The notes below the pieces were generated by a model. It searched no databases and had not been told where the DNA came from. It was given only the letters and a program-made list of their open reading frames with translations. Shown here in pieces: positions 33,561 to 48,260 of a DNA stretch of 64,000 nt. Positions within the stretch are counted from its first letter, which is position 1. The number at the start of each line of letters is the position of its first letter. The translations under genes were made by a program, and so were the position numbers. The DNA lies in the NCBI GenBank assembly GCA_001662655.1, contig KV460229.1; one strand, written 5' to 3'. This DNA is from Pseudogymnoascus verrucosus. Taxonomy: Eukaryota.

Positions 33561-34636
33561 CGTTACGGTATGAAACGAGTGATTGCAACCGCAACGGAAT
33601 GAGAAGGAGTGACAATATGAAAAACCGCAAATGCACAGTGAAGCCAAAATGCGCGACTTTGGATATCCAGTTTCTGGGTGTCTGGGACTCCCCTTATAAC
33701 AAGCCAACCCCTCCCCCTCCTTGCGTAACTCACGATGATCATTTGGGGGTTAGCTAAGGGGGATGAGACAATTGCCTCCGACGCCAAGTTGATGCAGTGT
33801 AATATTGATCCGCCACGGCGATTTTGTGGCTAGTCGGTCATAAAAAGGGGTGGCCATCCCTTGCTTAGTTGGGCCACGACATTGATATAACAATTATGAT
33901 AGAAGTGACCAACGCCGACAATGTTCTTTTACCCCGCGTTTTGTACCTCTGTTGCAATATCAGTACAAAAGGAATTATTCCGTGATTTAAAATAGATTTG
34001 ATGCTGCGAGGGGGAGGAAGACTGGAAAGGCGTGATGTGAGATGTCTCAAAATTATTGGCCTAGATGGCAAACCTGTCAGTTATTTTCGAGGCGGACCCT
34101 CCCTTCCCTGCTATTTTCATCACGAGGTAACTCACACGTCTTATGAAGCGTCACACAAGATCGACAACAGAACAGGGCACCATCAAACTGGTACTCTCAC
34201 TTCGAAATCACATTTCACAATATCATACTGCAAGATCTCTGCTCAACGCATCCATTCTATTATCTTTGACGACATCTGGCATTGTAGCTTTAAGCCAGCG
34301 AGCATAAAAGTCATGAAGTTCCTCATAAAAAAAGACCAGGCATTGCATCGAAAAAGCAACAAGATATATGCTTTTACTTTGCCAAACCAGATAGCCATCT
34401 GGGGCTTGACAACAAAAGAAAACGTGGCTGTCCATGACTGCAGTCAGATGCCAGAATCCCAAGTAAATGCAGATTGAACGCCGGCGGATTTTTTTGCACG
34501 CGCTGAAGAACAAGTATACAAAGAAGTCAATCCTCAATTCACTGCCACCCTTTCCAAATGCCCGGGGAAGTTAAGTCTTCTCGAAATGTAAGATCGGCCT
34601 TGATGTACATCCGCCGTGCCGACATACGAGGTCAGC

Positions 34637-35709
34637 TTAGTTCTGGTTCTCTGGGCACTGGGCCTGGACGTGTCCGGGCTGTCTGCACTTGTAGCAAGTG
34701 CGCTCAGCGGAGGTCTCGGATGGGCAGTCTCTGCTCAAGTGACCGGTCTGGCCACAGTTGTAGCACTTCTGGCCCTGGGTGCAGTCGCGCGACATGTGGC
34801 CGACGCCACCGCACGAGTAGCAGGTCTGCTGGCGTCCACCGTAACCGCCGGCACCGCCACCGTATCCACCGGCACCGCCACCGTAACCAGCGTTCTGGTA
34901 ACCACCGGCACCAGCCTCAGGGCAGTTGCGGGCAATGTGTCCGACCTTGGAGCACTTGTAGCACTCCTGGCCAGCTCCACCTCCGAAACCGCGGCCGGCA
35001 CCCATACCCTCAGCGGCGGGGTTGGCGCAGTCACGGCTGATGTGGCCGGGCTGGCCGCCTGCAAATGGTGTCAGCTGATGTGTGATGTATGGGGGGGTGT
35101 TATCAGGCAAAACTTACACTTGTAGCAGGTCTTGTCCTTTGGTCCCTCTGGGCACTCGCGGCTCATGTGTCCCTCACCTAGAATCTGGTAAGTGGGAGGT
35201 CAAGATGTTAGGTAGTTGGGTTTACAAACCACCACAGTTGTAGCTATCTCATCGTCAGTCACTCATTCTCGGCAGTTCACAGAATTCGAACATACCACTT
35301 GGCTGGACCGCGGGTTGGGCAGTCACGGGCCTGGTGAGACTGGTCACCGCCTATGGATATCAGTCAGTAGTGTTTCGTTTGGTGGGTACGTGTGTGTAGT
35401 ATGAGGCTGCGTATATGAGGAGTCTTTCGCAGAACATTGGCGTAACAATCAAGAGTTGGGCATCGATCTAGCATTCTCCAGGGAACATCGGCGCCAGAAT
35501 TAATCCGGGGCACAATGCGCCGTGAGGTTCAAATGACTTATAGATCATGTCGGCGCGTAACTCGAGCTGATTGAAGCATGTTCTTGGAAATTTGTGCGGG
35601 TGGCGAAAATCGAGTGGTATGTGAGGGGTAGGATGGAGAGGCGACGAGATGAATTGCACGTACAGTTGTAGCATCCACGCTGCTGCTGGGGGGCTTCTCC
35701 GTAGTTCAT
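34637..35709 (-). CDS. GIS2: CCHC zinc-knuckle nucleic-acid-binding protein (CNBP/Byr3/Gis2)
   Basis: Seven CX2CX4HX4C knuckles over 5 exons. ATG at 35709 reads MNYGEAPQQQRGCYN. Gly-rich linkers. Confidence 0.9.
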
Positions 35710-36793
35710 CTTGAATGATTTTGTTGGGTTGAGTTTCTAGAAAAGGAAAGTCAAGTCAGCGCGGGTTTCCGGGTGGGGAATTGTTGAGGTTGCAAGAGTT
35801 CAGAATGCCAAAGTGGCGGGGGCGGCAACGTGGAGATCGTCGTAACCCAGATCTGATTTGCAGCTCTTGCAGAGGGCGAGGAATGGATTGACATACGGTT
35901 TAGGAAGTTGTAGAGGTTGAAGAGACGAAAATATAATCGTCTGGGGGCGTTATGAAAGTTGTGTTTTGACAGAAGGTTGAAAAAGTTGAAGGTTCTTGTA
36001 TTTTCTAAGAACGGCTGAGCAACGAGAAACCTGGGTTTTCTTTCGCAAAACCTCGCCAAACTCTTGAAATGCTCCCAGATCGATTTGTGGAAGGCGCTAG
36101 CAGGGAGAAGCGGCGAATGGAGGATTGTGATTGGCGGAGGGGAGAGTTTATGTGGGTGTCCAGGGCGGTGAGCTTAAATGGGGTTGGAGAAACAATTATC
36201 CGGGGAAGAAGTTGTACGGTACACAGCAAATATGATGTAGATAGATACAGTCCATACATACAGAACAAAGACAAATAATAAAGAGAAGGAAGGAAGAAAT
36301 AAGGAAGAAACAAGGAAGAAACAAGAAAGAAAACTATATATACAATATGAATAAAATAATAAATAAGCACTGTTTGAGGCATAATAAATAAATGTGTGGT
36401 GAGTACTCTGGTGAGGGAAGGCTGCTTTCAGACGTAATGTGGTAGTAAATATAAGGGTACGTACCTCCGACTTGATAAAACTCGTGGCAAAGTGGAAGTG
36501 GAAGTGGACGTACCAAGTCATGGCGAGTGCACGGGCCATCACCATCACGTTATCCCCAGCCTCGTCGCGGTCGTTGCGGCGGTATCGCGGTATCGCGGTA
36601 TCGCGGGCACAGGCACGCTGGGCCACACTGGCCACACAGGGCAGACAGACAGACAGGGCAGTCACAGTCAGCCAGAGTCACGGAAAGTCACAAATAATGG
36701 CAGGTCTCACCAGATAAACCACTCCAGCCATCCACTCCAAGTTTGACATCTGCATGTCGACACAACTCTTGGATTCTTAGAATACCAGGGGCC

Positions 36794-39300
36794 ATGGACC
36801 AATGGAGCGAGGGGCGTCTCGCGCTGTTTAAAGCTCTGGGAGAGATTTGCGACCGCGTGGGTGACGATGATGCGAGAGGTTGGCCTCCCCAGTACAATAC
36901 CAATCATAGAGGTCACAGCTGACAGTAATCCCCCGCAAAGACCTTGCGCAGTCCATAAAGAAGCCGAATGGCGCGACGTTTATTCAAGAGCTCCGAGAGC
37001 TGCAACAAAAGGCTCACATAGCCGATATTATCACAAAAGACAGCCATGCTGCCGAGATTCACCTGGCATTTAATGATCCGAAAGCATTCGTCACCCAGCT
37101 CCAGGAATTGAAGTGGAAGGCACAAATACTCGATACTTTACGCAATAACGACATCGATGCCGCTTCCACTGACGCCATCGCAGACCCAAAGGTGAAGGAG
37201 CTGGCCGTCCGTCTCGAAACCCTGCGAGAAAAAGCCCAGCTATACGACGACATAAATGGCACTTCAAAGCCAGACACCAGCGATATCCAAAGCCGACTCA
37301 ACGACGCCTTGTCTGTTCGGAAAGAACTCATCTCTAGATTGCGACGGGTCCGGGAAAACAGGGCCCAGTGGGTGCAATATGCACATAGCCTCTCAAAACG
37401 GCTCGAGAAGAGGGAAGCAACGTTGGCAGAGCACGGCTTGCTCAATGGGGTTCCTTTTCAAAACAAGGACAGCGGATTGGAGCGTCCTACGGCCTCCGAA
37501 CCAGAGCTTATAAAAAAGGAACCTGGAGCCCCCGACCCATCGCGGGTCACACCAGACCTTGCGCCCCCAAGGCTGAATCGTTCTCTGTGTCTGCCAGGAC
37601 CCACGGATGATAATGATCTTGATGGGGACACCATGGTGGGAACACCAGGTGCAAAAACCCCGAAGCCAGTGGTGTTGCCCCATGCTCATGGTGAGCCACA
37701 AAGTGTTGTCAGGGCAGTACCGGAACGCGAGAAACCAACATCCACTCATACTGAACCGCGAAGTAGTTCTGCACAACTCGATCTGTTACAAACCGCTGCA
37801 GTTGCTGCAGATGAACCGCAACAACTGCCACGGCTTGCGCCCGTGCAGGAGGCCTCGTTGGAGCGCGATGCGACCGACAATAACCCTCCAGCCTCCTCAC
37901 AGGAGCACCACACAAGTTCGACACAGGGCGAAGCGGATGATGTGGGACTTGACCTACCCGCTGGCCTTGGCAATCACCCCGCAGCAACACCATCTGCCAA
38001 ATACCAAGGCGAACCGTCGTCGGATCCCCCTGTTGTTATATCAGCCAGGGCTGTACGGAAACGGAAGGCCCAGTCCTCGCCACAAAAGGTCAAGATCAAG
38101 ACAGAGATCGAGCTCAGCAGCCCGGTCGCGTTCCTCGGTCTCAGTACCTTGGAACCACAAGAGAGCTTGGACCTCGACGAAATTGGCCAGAAAACTATTA
38201 CGCCAAAGAAGAAACGGCGGGTCGACGATCCCGGGTTTGGTTTTTTGGGGGAGGATGACAATGATGCGGATTATTATCACTACAGGCATCCACCCGTATT
38301 CAATGACGCTGTAGTAAGGTCGCCCATTCTAGGAGAACCAACCACGCCGCATATGAACCCACGGCGAGATGCTCTGAGGATTGCTGCCTTGCAACCCAAA
38401 AGCTCAAATAAACCGATCCTTCGTCACGCCTCAGCCAAGTATACACCTGCTAAACGCCTCAGACATTCCGAGGCTCCAGGTGAAGTCCCCTTTGCAGAAG
38501 ACGGCGAAAATGAATCTCGGATAGACGCAACGGCACAAAATCGCAAGCTTCAGGGGGCAAAGATTGATGCTTATCAGCGGTTGTCATCTCTGCTCAACAC
38601 AACTTCGCCAAATAGTTCAGCATTTCAAACTCCCGGCAATATATCTAATAAGAGAACGCCACGCACGGCAGGGCCTAGTCATCGTTCCACCGCAGAACGT
38701 GACAAAAGAAGGGGGAGAAAGCGCATAGAAGCATTCCGGGATGCCTCCGAAGGTCCTGACGACGAACCTTTTCGGGCAAGGCCGCTCTGGCGATTAGGCC
38801 TCGAACATTTCAAGGTCAACCCAGATCACAATCAAGGATATGACTATGCCTTTCGAGATGTCGTGAGAGGACGAGAACAACGAAAATGCCTTCCCGGCTG
38901 CACAAACCCAGACTGTTGTGGCAATGGATTCAGGAAGTTGGCCGAACTTACGACGGGTCAAGCGAAGAACCAGTCTTCAGACATGGATACCGAAGACGAG
39001 CGTCTCCTAGAGGATTTCCTTGGTGGAAATATTCACAAGCTACAGGCTATGACTGCGGATGAAAGGCAGGAGACGCTCATCCAGGCCAAAGCACGAGATC
39101 TCGCGAATAAGCATGGCAAGCATCGGCATGCGTTTGAGAGACGTCAGAGTCCACCAGGGTTTTGGAGAGCCGACTTTCCCACAACGCAGGAAGTTCAGTC
39201 TGACCGTGCGGAGGCTGCAGATTTTGAGAGAGAATTGGTTCGAAAGAGATATGAAGAAGCCGTGCGCGGAGGAGGAAAGTGGATGTTTCGTGATGAATAA
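36794..39300 (+). CDS. SAE2: DNA end-resection endonuclease Sae2/CtIP/Ctp1
   Basis: N-terminal coiled coil and C-terminal CLPGCTNPDCCG plus GKHRHAFERRQSPPGFWRADFPTTQE. The probable first intron (36861-36940) makes the start less certain. Confidence 0.85.
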
Positions 39301-39703
39301 GCTTTGATATCCAGGCATGCGAGCCACAGTATAGACTAGAACTGCTACTACTATTATGTATTTGAACAGCATGTCAATAATACAATATTAATACCTTCCA
39401 AAATGCAATTATTCCTGTGTTCTGGACATTAAATTTGATTTTTGTTTTGTCTGCGATAATTCTCATCCAGGAGTCGTCAGCGAGCACGTGAAGTGTGGCT
39501 GTGAGATGGGACCCTCGTAATTGCTTATGTGTACCCACCAGAAACCACGCTAAGCCTGGAATTAACGGATGCCGTCAACGTCGCGCCCGGATGCAAGGGA
39601 TTAAAGCAACAATCTTCGAACACAGTCCATAACCACTTCGAATTCGCATCCGCCCTACATTGATATCGATCGCGCAGTGCCGGCCGCACATCCCATCGAT
39701 ACC

Positions 39704-41216
39704 ATGGCGGACACAGGACCAGAATTAGATCATGAGGACTCCATCTCCTCCCAAGACCCCCATAACAAGAAGACCAAGAAGATAAAGAACAGGAGACCAG
39801 CAAGTGCGTCTACGGATCCTCCGGCGATGAAATAATCGAAGATATAGGACTGCGCTAACCCAGGACAACAGATACTGCCTTCAGACAACAACGACTAAAG
39901 GCATGGCAGTAAGTCGAAGACCCTTATACGCCTCGACGACCCCTCGAGCTGATACGAGACCATAGGCCAATTCTCACACCGAAAACCGTACTACCTCTCT
40001 TCTTTGCCATTGGCATAATCTTTGCACCCATTGGCGGCGCGTTGTTGTACGCCAGCGCACAGGTATGCCCAGTTGACATCTTTCAGAGGGTTTATTGTCG
40101 CAAGATAAACTGACAAGATTCGATATAGGTCCAGGAGATCACCCTTGACTATACACACTGCTTCGACCAGGCGCCAAACACAACGAAGATTAATGAAGAA
40201 ATGCCCAAGGGGCTGGCGACCTGGCATTTCCACGACATGGAGAACACCGCCCCGAAAGCGCTTTGGGCTAAGCAGACAATCTCTTACACCTTTCCGAATG
40301 GAGCCGTACTCGACAATGTCACGCAGTGCTCTCTCATCTTTGATATCCCCGCGCCGATGAATCCTCCGGTCCTCTTCTACTACCGTCTCACAGACTTCTA
40401 CCAAAACCATCGACGTTACGTCAAGTCGTTCCAGTCGGATCAGTTGAAAGGGGACGCCGTTGACGCCGCCACCATCGAAGGGTCGCTCTGCGACCCCCTG
40501 CGTCTCGACCCACGCGGTCGTCCTTACTACCCCTGCGGGCTGATTGCCAACTCCATGTTCAACGATACATATACCTCACCTCTTCTCCAGAATGTACAAG
40601 ACGGAAGCGGTGCGTCTAAAGTGTACCAGATGAAGAATAACAGTGGAATTGCTTGGGACAGTGACAAGAAGCTATATGGGAAGACGAAATACAAGTTAGA
40701 CCAAATCGCAGTCCCACCGAACTGGGTGTTGAGATACGGAAACAGCTCGGACTATACGGACGCACATCCCCCACCAGATCTAGAGAACGATCAGGCATTT
40801 CAGGTGTGGATGCGCACGGCGGGTCTCCCGACATTCAGCAAGCTAGCCCAGAGAAATGACGATGACGTTATGACTACCGGACGATACCAGGTGGATATCA
40901 ACCATTTCTTCCCAGCTGATATTTATGGCGGCACCAAAGCGATCATCATCTCCACGCGCACGGTTATTGGAGGCCGCAACCCCTACCTTGGTATCGCCTT
41001 TGTCGTTGTTGGCGGACTGTGCATCCTCCTGGGTGCCATTTTCACGGCCACTCATCTCATTAAGCCAAGGTACATCTCCATAACTCCTCTTATACGTGAG
41101 TCCAGATACTAATTGCAAGTAGAAAACTCGGCGACCACACATACCTCTCGTGGAACAACGACCAGCCCAGCACTGCGACGACGACAGGCCGTGAGGGCGG
41201 GCGTGAAGGGGCTTAA
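39704..41216 (+). CDS. CDC50: Cdc50/Lem3 phospholipid-flippase beta subunit
   Basis: Motifs [58 protein letters not shown] and GGRNPYLG; 4 introns. Confidence 0.95.
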
Positions 41217-41570
41217 GTGGGTGGGTTAGTGCCAATTGTACATTATGATCATGATTCATCCTTTTCCTCATCGTTCGGCGCGGTTGGTCTGTTTCTGGGT
41301 TTTGGGTTTCGACAACATACGTGTTGGGGGATGAGATTACTTCCTAGTTGTTAAAATTAGTTATTCACTCGATGAGAATTTATAGATGCGCAAGACCATG
41401 TAGAAGGTGATCGATTGTTCATTTTCGCCCGTTATTATCCTATCTTACAAATTGCCTGTGCCGCTATGTGAGTCAAACGCCTTTCTCCGCCGACCATTCC
41501 GTAGCCCAGATAGATATCCGCCAATTTAGAATCAAGAGTAAACAGAGTCTTTTTGGTCCAGTGCCCGTGC

Positions 41571-44500
41571 TCAATGCTTCCTCTTCTTCTTCGGCGCATC
41601 ATCCTCGCTGTGCCCGCCTTCTCTATCCTTCCTCTTCGCCTTCGCTTCCAGCTCATCCCAGTCATCGCCCTCTTCCTCATCACTTGCTTCGCTGCCATCT
41701 TCAGACGCCTCTGCACTGGCCTCTTCATCGAAGTCGCTATCATCCTCGGAGCTCTCCTCGCTGGCCGCAAGTTCAGAGTCAGACATCTCAAACGCAGACT
41801 CTTCAGATTCGTCATCCGCATCTTCCTCGTCCGATTCGGTGGCAAGGAAGGACCATCCACCGTCCGCAAAGAAGGCATGGGGATCTGCCGTCACGGTCTT
41901 CATGATGGTAGGCCAGTTCAAGTTGAGAGGGCCATCGCTGAAGGGGATGTTGACCGAATCGAGCCACTCCTTGACGTTTTCGAGTGACTCGACTGGGATT
42001 GTGTTGATGTGTGCTGGAGCCCGGTGGAAATCCTTGAAGACAAATACCATGTCGAAGTTCTTTAGGCCGAATTGGACACGTTCGAGATGCGCAATCTCAA
42101 TATCATCCAGAGTAATGACCATAAAGGGCGGCTCAGTGAGCTGCACCAAACAGTCCGTAGACGGCTGGCAGAAAACGTTGGACCTGTATGGCACACCGTT
42201 GAATCCGAGCTCACGGAAGGGGATATCAACGTCGACATTTTCACTCTTCCCGGCATCAGCGATCTTCTGAGCGAAAAGCTGGAACTGGCGGTCAAGCTCA
42301 GCACGGCGGCGGCGCTCCTCTTGCTCGGCCTCGAATTCCTCCTCATCGCCATACCTGTACTTGCGCTTTCGGTTTCCAGTCTCATCGAATTGAATATCTG
42401 TAGCTTCACGGTAGAATTGAACATCCTTGGTCTTCTTCTTCCCAATGAGAATGGGGTCCTTGAGATGAACATGAATGATCACGATCAGTTCATGCTGGCA
42501 AGGCTGGAAGAAGAGATGCTTGACGTTGCTAAAAAGGATATCCACACGATGGGCGGGGTTGAGTGGCGACTGATAACGGAGACCGTTTTGATGAATCTCT
42601 ACCTTTCCCGGCACGCGCTTTCCGTCCATTACTGGACGGATGAACACGTTGTCCATGACATTTGGTCGGCGATCTATTTCATGTTAGCATTGGCTCGCTG
42701 GACTGGGACCGATTTGACTTACTCCTGATCTCAACGAGTTTATCCTGCTCCACTACATCCTCCATCTCTTTCTTCTCCTGTTCACGCTTTGCTGCGTCTC
42801 GCTTCATGTTGCCAATTTGATTGGCAATATCTTGTAGGCGATCTCCATCGTGCGAGCGGAACGTGAGACTGCGAACAAAATGCGCCGAGGCATCCTCAAA
42901 CGGTTGATCATCCTTCCTACCAACACCTTGGCCAGGCGAAAGGAAGTTCACTCGGAGGTATGAGAAGTCTCCCTCGTCGCTTTTGCTAGCGTTCTTGATC
43001 GTCTGGATGTGGAATGGCACAGGCCTTCCCATAATGGGGAGAACGACGGTTGAGTTCTTCTGATCCATGACTATTGCGAGATCGCGAACCTTTGGCGGGA
43101 ACTGGTTGTCGCGCTTGTATGATTCAAAGCGCTTGAACTTCTTCACAGCAACGCCATTCTTGCTGTCAGTCGCCTCGGCATATCTTGCAAGGCCTTCTTC
43201 TTGCTTCTTTTGTGCCAGCTCTTTTTGATGCTCACGTCTTCGCGCCTCGGCGCCCTCATCTGCCTGTGTTGTTCGCTCGGCGCGAAGTTTGCTCTTGACA
43301 ATGTTTGTGGTTGCCACAGCGCCAACCTTGGAGTCTTTCTTCTCCTTGGGTTTTGGTGCCGGCTCTGCTTCCTCGTCGTCTTTGAAGAAGAATGAAGTGG
43401 CGTCTAGATCTGACGGAGCATCGCCAGTGAAAACGACTGCGTCTGACGCTGCCACTCGGACAGTGTCCGAGAGAACCAAGGAGTAAACCTTGCTCTTCTT
43501 GTCCTGGGGAGACGGGTTTTCGATGTCGTTGAAGCCAGTGGTTACGCAGAGCGTCATGCCATCTTTCAGCGTACGGGTGCTCTTTCCATTGAGAAGTAGA
43601 GTCGAGTCCTTAGTCTCAATTCCAATACCCGCGCCCACGTTCCTGAGAAAGTTCTTCTCCAGCTCAGGTTTCTTCGCCCTGACTAACGACATCGCCTTGC
43701 TGTAAATCTCCTTGACCACTGCGCCATCGCGAGTTTCCTTGAGAACCAATGCATGGACGGCAAGGAGCAACTTGTAGTTGCTCTCCTGGGACTTATTTGG
43801 GTCCACAAGGTATGTGCGTGCAATCATGGAGCAGTAAGTTTTGTATCTAAGCCCAACAGTCGCAAGGATGACTCCAGCATGGAGATTCTCGTCGTCAGTC
43901 TGCGCTGACATCTTCAAGTCGAACTTTCCACCACTCTGGATAATCGGCCCATGTGTCCAATCAAGTTGTCCTGGCTCGAAGTCCGTTGGCATCTTCTGGT
44001 TGTTGGGCAATTGGACGGTGGTCCAGAACTTCGTATCGTCGATCTTGTTGTCAATCTTCGTCGCCAAGGTACTGTGCTTCACCTTCTTGTCCTCGTCCAG
44101 GATATTCGACATCTCTTCGACAAAGTATGGGTTCATCAAAGCAATGCAAGCCTTGGAAGCGTTTCTCATGGCGCGTAACTCGTTCTCGTCCTTGACTGCG
44201 AGGGCAGCCGCGGATATTGCAGGCGCCACATCCACCTCCTCCACATCCTTTGAAATATCGCCGTAGACCTTTTTCCATTCATCGATAAAGGGTCCGTTGG
44301 AGGTGTCCTTGGTAAGAACGCCGATTTTTTTCTGTGGTCGAATCGTCAGCAGCTGCATATTTGCCACAGTATCAGATTGAACTTACACCAGCAGATTTGA
44401 TCACATCTGTGATCTTCTGGAAAAGCTTCTCGTTTTGGTCGGCATCCTTGCCTCGCACGAGGACCTCCAGGGGGATCTTGCCACCCTTCAAAGGCTCCAA

Positions 44501-44876
44501 ATGCTTGGCTGGTACGTGTCAGCTTTGATGATCTCAAGGCAAATGTATGAATTGGAAGCTCACCTTTCTTTGCCGTCGTAACAACGTAGAGGGTGTCCAC
44601 AGTGAAAAGGAACAGGGTTGCTGGGAACTCATATCCCAAAAGCCAGAACTAGATCGGTCAGCAAAGTTCTCGTCCAACAACGGTATTCTGATCGCTTACA
44701 TGAATTGCGTTGTTTTTCTGAAATTGTGCGCTCTCCTCAGTCTTGCCCATGAGGATGAGCACACTCGAAGCACCGCCGAATACAGTGTCGCCAGAACGCT
44801 TGTCGGCCTTCCATGCTGAGAGGAAGTGGCCGAGTCGCTCCTGGAACAGCTGGCTGTCAATCTTAATCTCTGCCAT
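41571..44876 (-). CDS. SPT16: FACT complex subunit Spt16
   Basis: MAEIKID.., [41 protein letters not shown] and an acidic C-terminus; 4 introns. Confidence 0.97.
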
Positions 44877-45209
44877 GATGATGTCGAGCTTCAGCAGTGG
44901 CAGAGGAAGAAGTTGAAGATTAGTTAAAGAAAGTCGCGCGGTGGTGAGGCAGCTGTAAAGTGGTTTCGCGACGACGTGATGCGCTAAACCACGTTGGGGC
45001 GTGAGATTGAATGAGATCACGTGCACTTCACTTGGCCACATGCAGCCTGCATTTTAGCGTTTTAGCGGGGAGGAAGTTGAATTTGGAAGGAACATTTCTA
45101 AATTCTGGCGCTGTTTTTTTAGGTGGAGCGATAAGAGTCCGCAACAACTGCGAACTCCTCACCACCACGACTACTTTGGAGAGAATTCACTCTTGCCAGT
45201 GAACGAACG

Positions 45210-45532
45210 ATGGCTCAAGGAGAGATCAAGTCGAAGCTGGGTTCGGCAAAGGGCAAAAAGCCAGGCGTCGACGCAAAGAAGGGTAAGCGCACAATTGCGC
45301 CCAAGCGGAAAGACCTCGTCAAGAATGCACGAATGATCAAGGTATGCGACGTGGTATCTCTACGGTGGTTTTCATAAACTAACTGGCGTAGAAACACTCG
45401 GGTGGTCTTACGGCCATGACTGAGAGAACGTTGGGCTCAAAGGCCGGACATTTGGAGCTCTTGAAGGGCGGGAAGAAGAACAAGGACATGAAGGCAGACG
45501 TGCCCAAGGGAGGGTCGAAGAAGTTTGGCTGA
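45210..45532 (+). CDS. Small basic protein DUF2462/UPF0390
   Basis: [18 protein letters not shown], intron 45342-45391, then [27 protein letters not shown]. Divergent from SPT16. Confidence 0.85.
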
Positions 45533-46408
45533 GCAGCTTTTCGGATTTGGTGTGCGCCATATCTGTGGCCATATCCCAATCACCGTCAGAATGGTATCAC
45601 AGATAAGCCCCAAGAGAGAGGTCAAGAAGACTTGGTGATGAGAAAGCACAAGGCCCTGATAAACCGAGGCATCAAACCATCCGAAAGACTACAGAGCAAC
45701 GGGGCTGTTACCGCCGAGAACCTATGCATAACGCCCACTGCGAGAGAATTGCAACCGAATCGAACAAAAAGTCGGGTCTACACAGCTCTCAGTCAGCTCG
45801 AGGGATTCGGTCCCGGGGTTCTCTGGTGCAAAATATAGTAGTTCGCATCCACATGGTGACGGAATTGGTCTCCATAATAGCCTACAATTTGATCTATAAT
45901 CCTTCAATGCACACTATCCCAAGCGTTACAGGTTGCAAGCCGATGTGAATATGAGTATGAATATGTTATGTATTGGTGCTACTACTCTACGCGAACCGCG
46001 AAAACTGCGCTTGTTCCTGCCGTCGTTTTCGTAATCGTATTCTTAAACCCGAATTTAAATCCCCACGGCCCCATCCTCTCCTATGAATGTACTGCAAATA
46101 TCCACATAGGAGAGCGAATTGCTACCGCCATGGTACTGTCTGGCTACATAACCCATAGTCTTCGATATATGCTGTGCACAAATATCTTGTCATAATCTTG
46201 GCTGTGGGCGTAAACGAAGCAAATCTGCCAATTAAATTGTCGACTCTTGGCTCGGATCCATTGTTTACGCGCTTGTCTCCCAGCACAAGGGGGCTGCACA
46301 AGTCGTGTCCACTTCCCCTACTTTTTTGTACATGTCAAGAACCCCCCTCCCTGAGGCTGTTTTGGCGACTCGTGGCTTTACTTAAGAAGCTTCATCACTC
46401 CTGCAGAG

Positions 46409-48260
46409 ATGTCGTCTGGACGTTATTCACTACGGGCTACGCCTAAGTAAGTCCTCTGCGAGTGTTCACAATTCCACTGACACTTACTGACCACCGAGCA
46501 GAAAGACGAGCCACCCGGACTTCGTAGAGACTCCTGCTGCGCGTAGATCCAATCGCCGCAAGTCCCAATTCCCCGAGGACGAGGGCGAAGACTCTGCGTC
46601 TGCCACCGAAAGCACAAAACGCGAGAGCCTCGAGCCACGACGAACAACCCGAGGGAGCAGCATGGCGCGATCGGATTCTGGAGAGGTGTCGCCCGCCTTG
46701 CCCAATGGCAATGGCAACGCCAATGGCAATGGGCAGGTTACGAACCGTCGTGCTAAGGCTACGAATGGTTCTGCGACGAACGGCTCTGCGACGAATGGCT
46801 CCGCATCGAAAAGCATTGCCGACGCGTCGGAAAAGATTATGGCAGTCGAAGGGTGGCAACCAGGGTTGGACCCCAAGATTGACTATAGCGGCCATATGGA
46901 ATTCGGGGGTTCGGTTGGCGTCACCGCCATGATGATTGGATTCCCGACCCTGATGTACTACATGTGGATTGGGGCAACATATTACGATGGAAAGTTCCCC
47001 ACACCTGAGCCTGGCGAGAGCTTTGTCGATTTCGCAAAGCACATGGGCAATTTGGTGTACGAAGGCGCGTTTCCGTCGCTGAAGGCCTGGACCATGTACT
47101 GGGTGTTCTTCGTCGCAGAGGGAGCTTGCTACTGCTTGCTTCCAGGTGTTTACGGTTACGGCAAGCCTCTACCTCACGCTGGCGGAAAGCAGTTGAAATA
47201 TTACTGCTCAGCAGTGGCTTCGCTCTACACCACAGCCATTGTTATGGCTGGCCTCCACTTCTCTGGTATCTTCCCACTTTACACTATTCTTGACGAGTTC
47301 GGACCACTCATGTCGGTGGGAATCTTGACCGGATTTCTCGTCTCGATTGTTGCCTATGTCTCGGCACTGCTCCGCGGCGCCCAGCACAGGATGACGGGTT
47401 ACCCCCTCTACGACTTCTTCATGGGTGCTGAGCTCAACCCCAGAATGTTTGGGATTCTCGACTTCAAGATGTTCTTCGAGGTCAGGATCCCCTGGTACTT
47501 CCTCCTGCTCCTGTCATCTGCTACTGCCGCAAGGCAGTACGAGAACTACGGCTATGTCTCCGGCGAGGTGTGCTTCCTTATCATGGCCCACTACCTGTAC
47601 GCAAATGCATGCTCCAAGGGCGAGGAGCTGATCATCAGCACCTGGGACATGTACTTCGAGAAGTGGGGCTTCATGCTCATCTTCTGGAACTTGGCAGGCG
47701 TGCCCATGACTTACTGTCACTGCATCCTGTACCTTGCAAACCACCACCCTGACACCTACCGCTGGAACCGATACGCGCTTGGTGCCCTGTTCGTCACATA
47801 CCTCTTCGTCTACTGGGTTTGGGACACGACCAACAGCCAAAAGAACCGTTTCCGTGCCGAGGAGACTGGAAAGCAGGTCATCCGCAAGGCATTCCCACAG
47901 CTCCCATGGCAGGCGGTCAAGAACCCAAGGGTGATCAGGACAAAGGATGGCCACAGCATCCTGGCTGACGGCTGGTATGGCAAGGCACGCAAGATCCACT
48001 ACACCTGCGACTTGTTCTTTGCTCTATCGTGGGGCTTGATCACTGGCTTCAGCAGCCCGTTCCCGTGGTTTTACCCGGTCTTCTTCGCAGGCATGATATC
48101 GCACCGAGCATTGAGAGATATTCAGAAGTGCAGAGCAAAGTATGGGGATGCGTGGTTGGAGTATGAGAAACTTGTTCCCTATCTTTTCATTCCGGTAAGC
48201 AATGTTCACTTTGTCCCCCAATGCAGTTCTGATTCTAACTTGTTGCAGTATGTCATTTAA
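46409..48260 (+). CDS. ERG4: Delta-24(24-1) sterol reductase
   Basis: Motifs [42 protein letters not shown] and [13 protein letters not shown]. Introns near 46447-46501 and 48195-48248. Confidence 0.96.

Noticed and set aside
36578..36605. (gcggtatc)x3 in the GIS2-SAE2 divergent promoter as a regulatory site
   Set aside because: A short tandem repeat with no factor I can assign.
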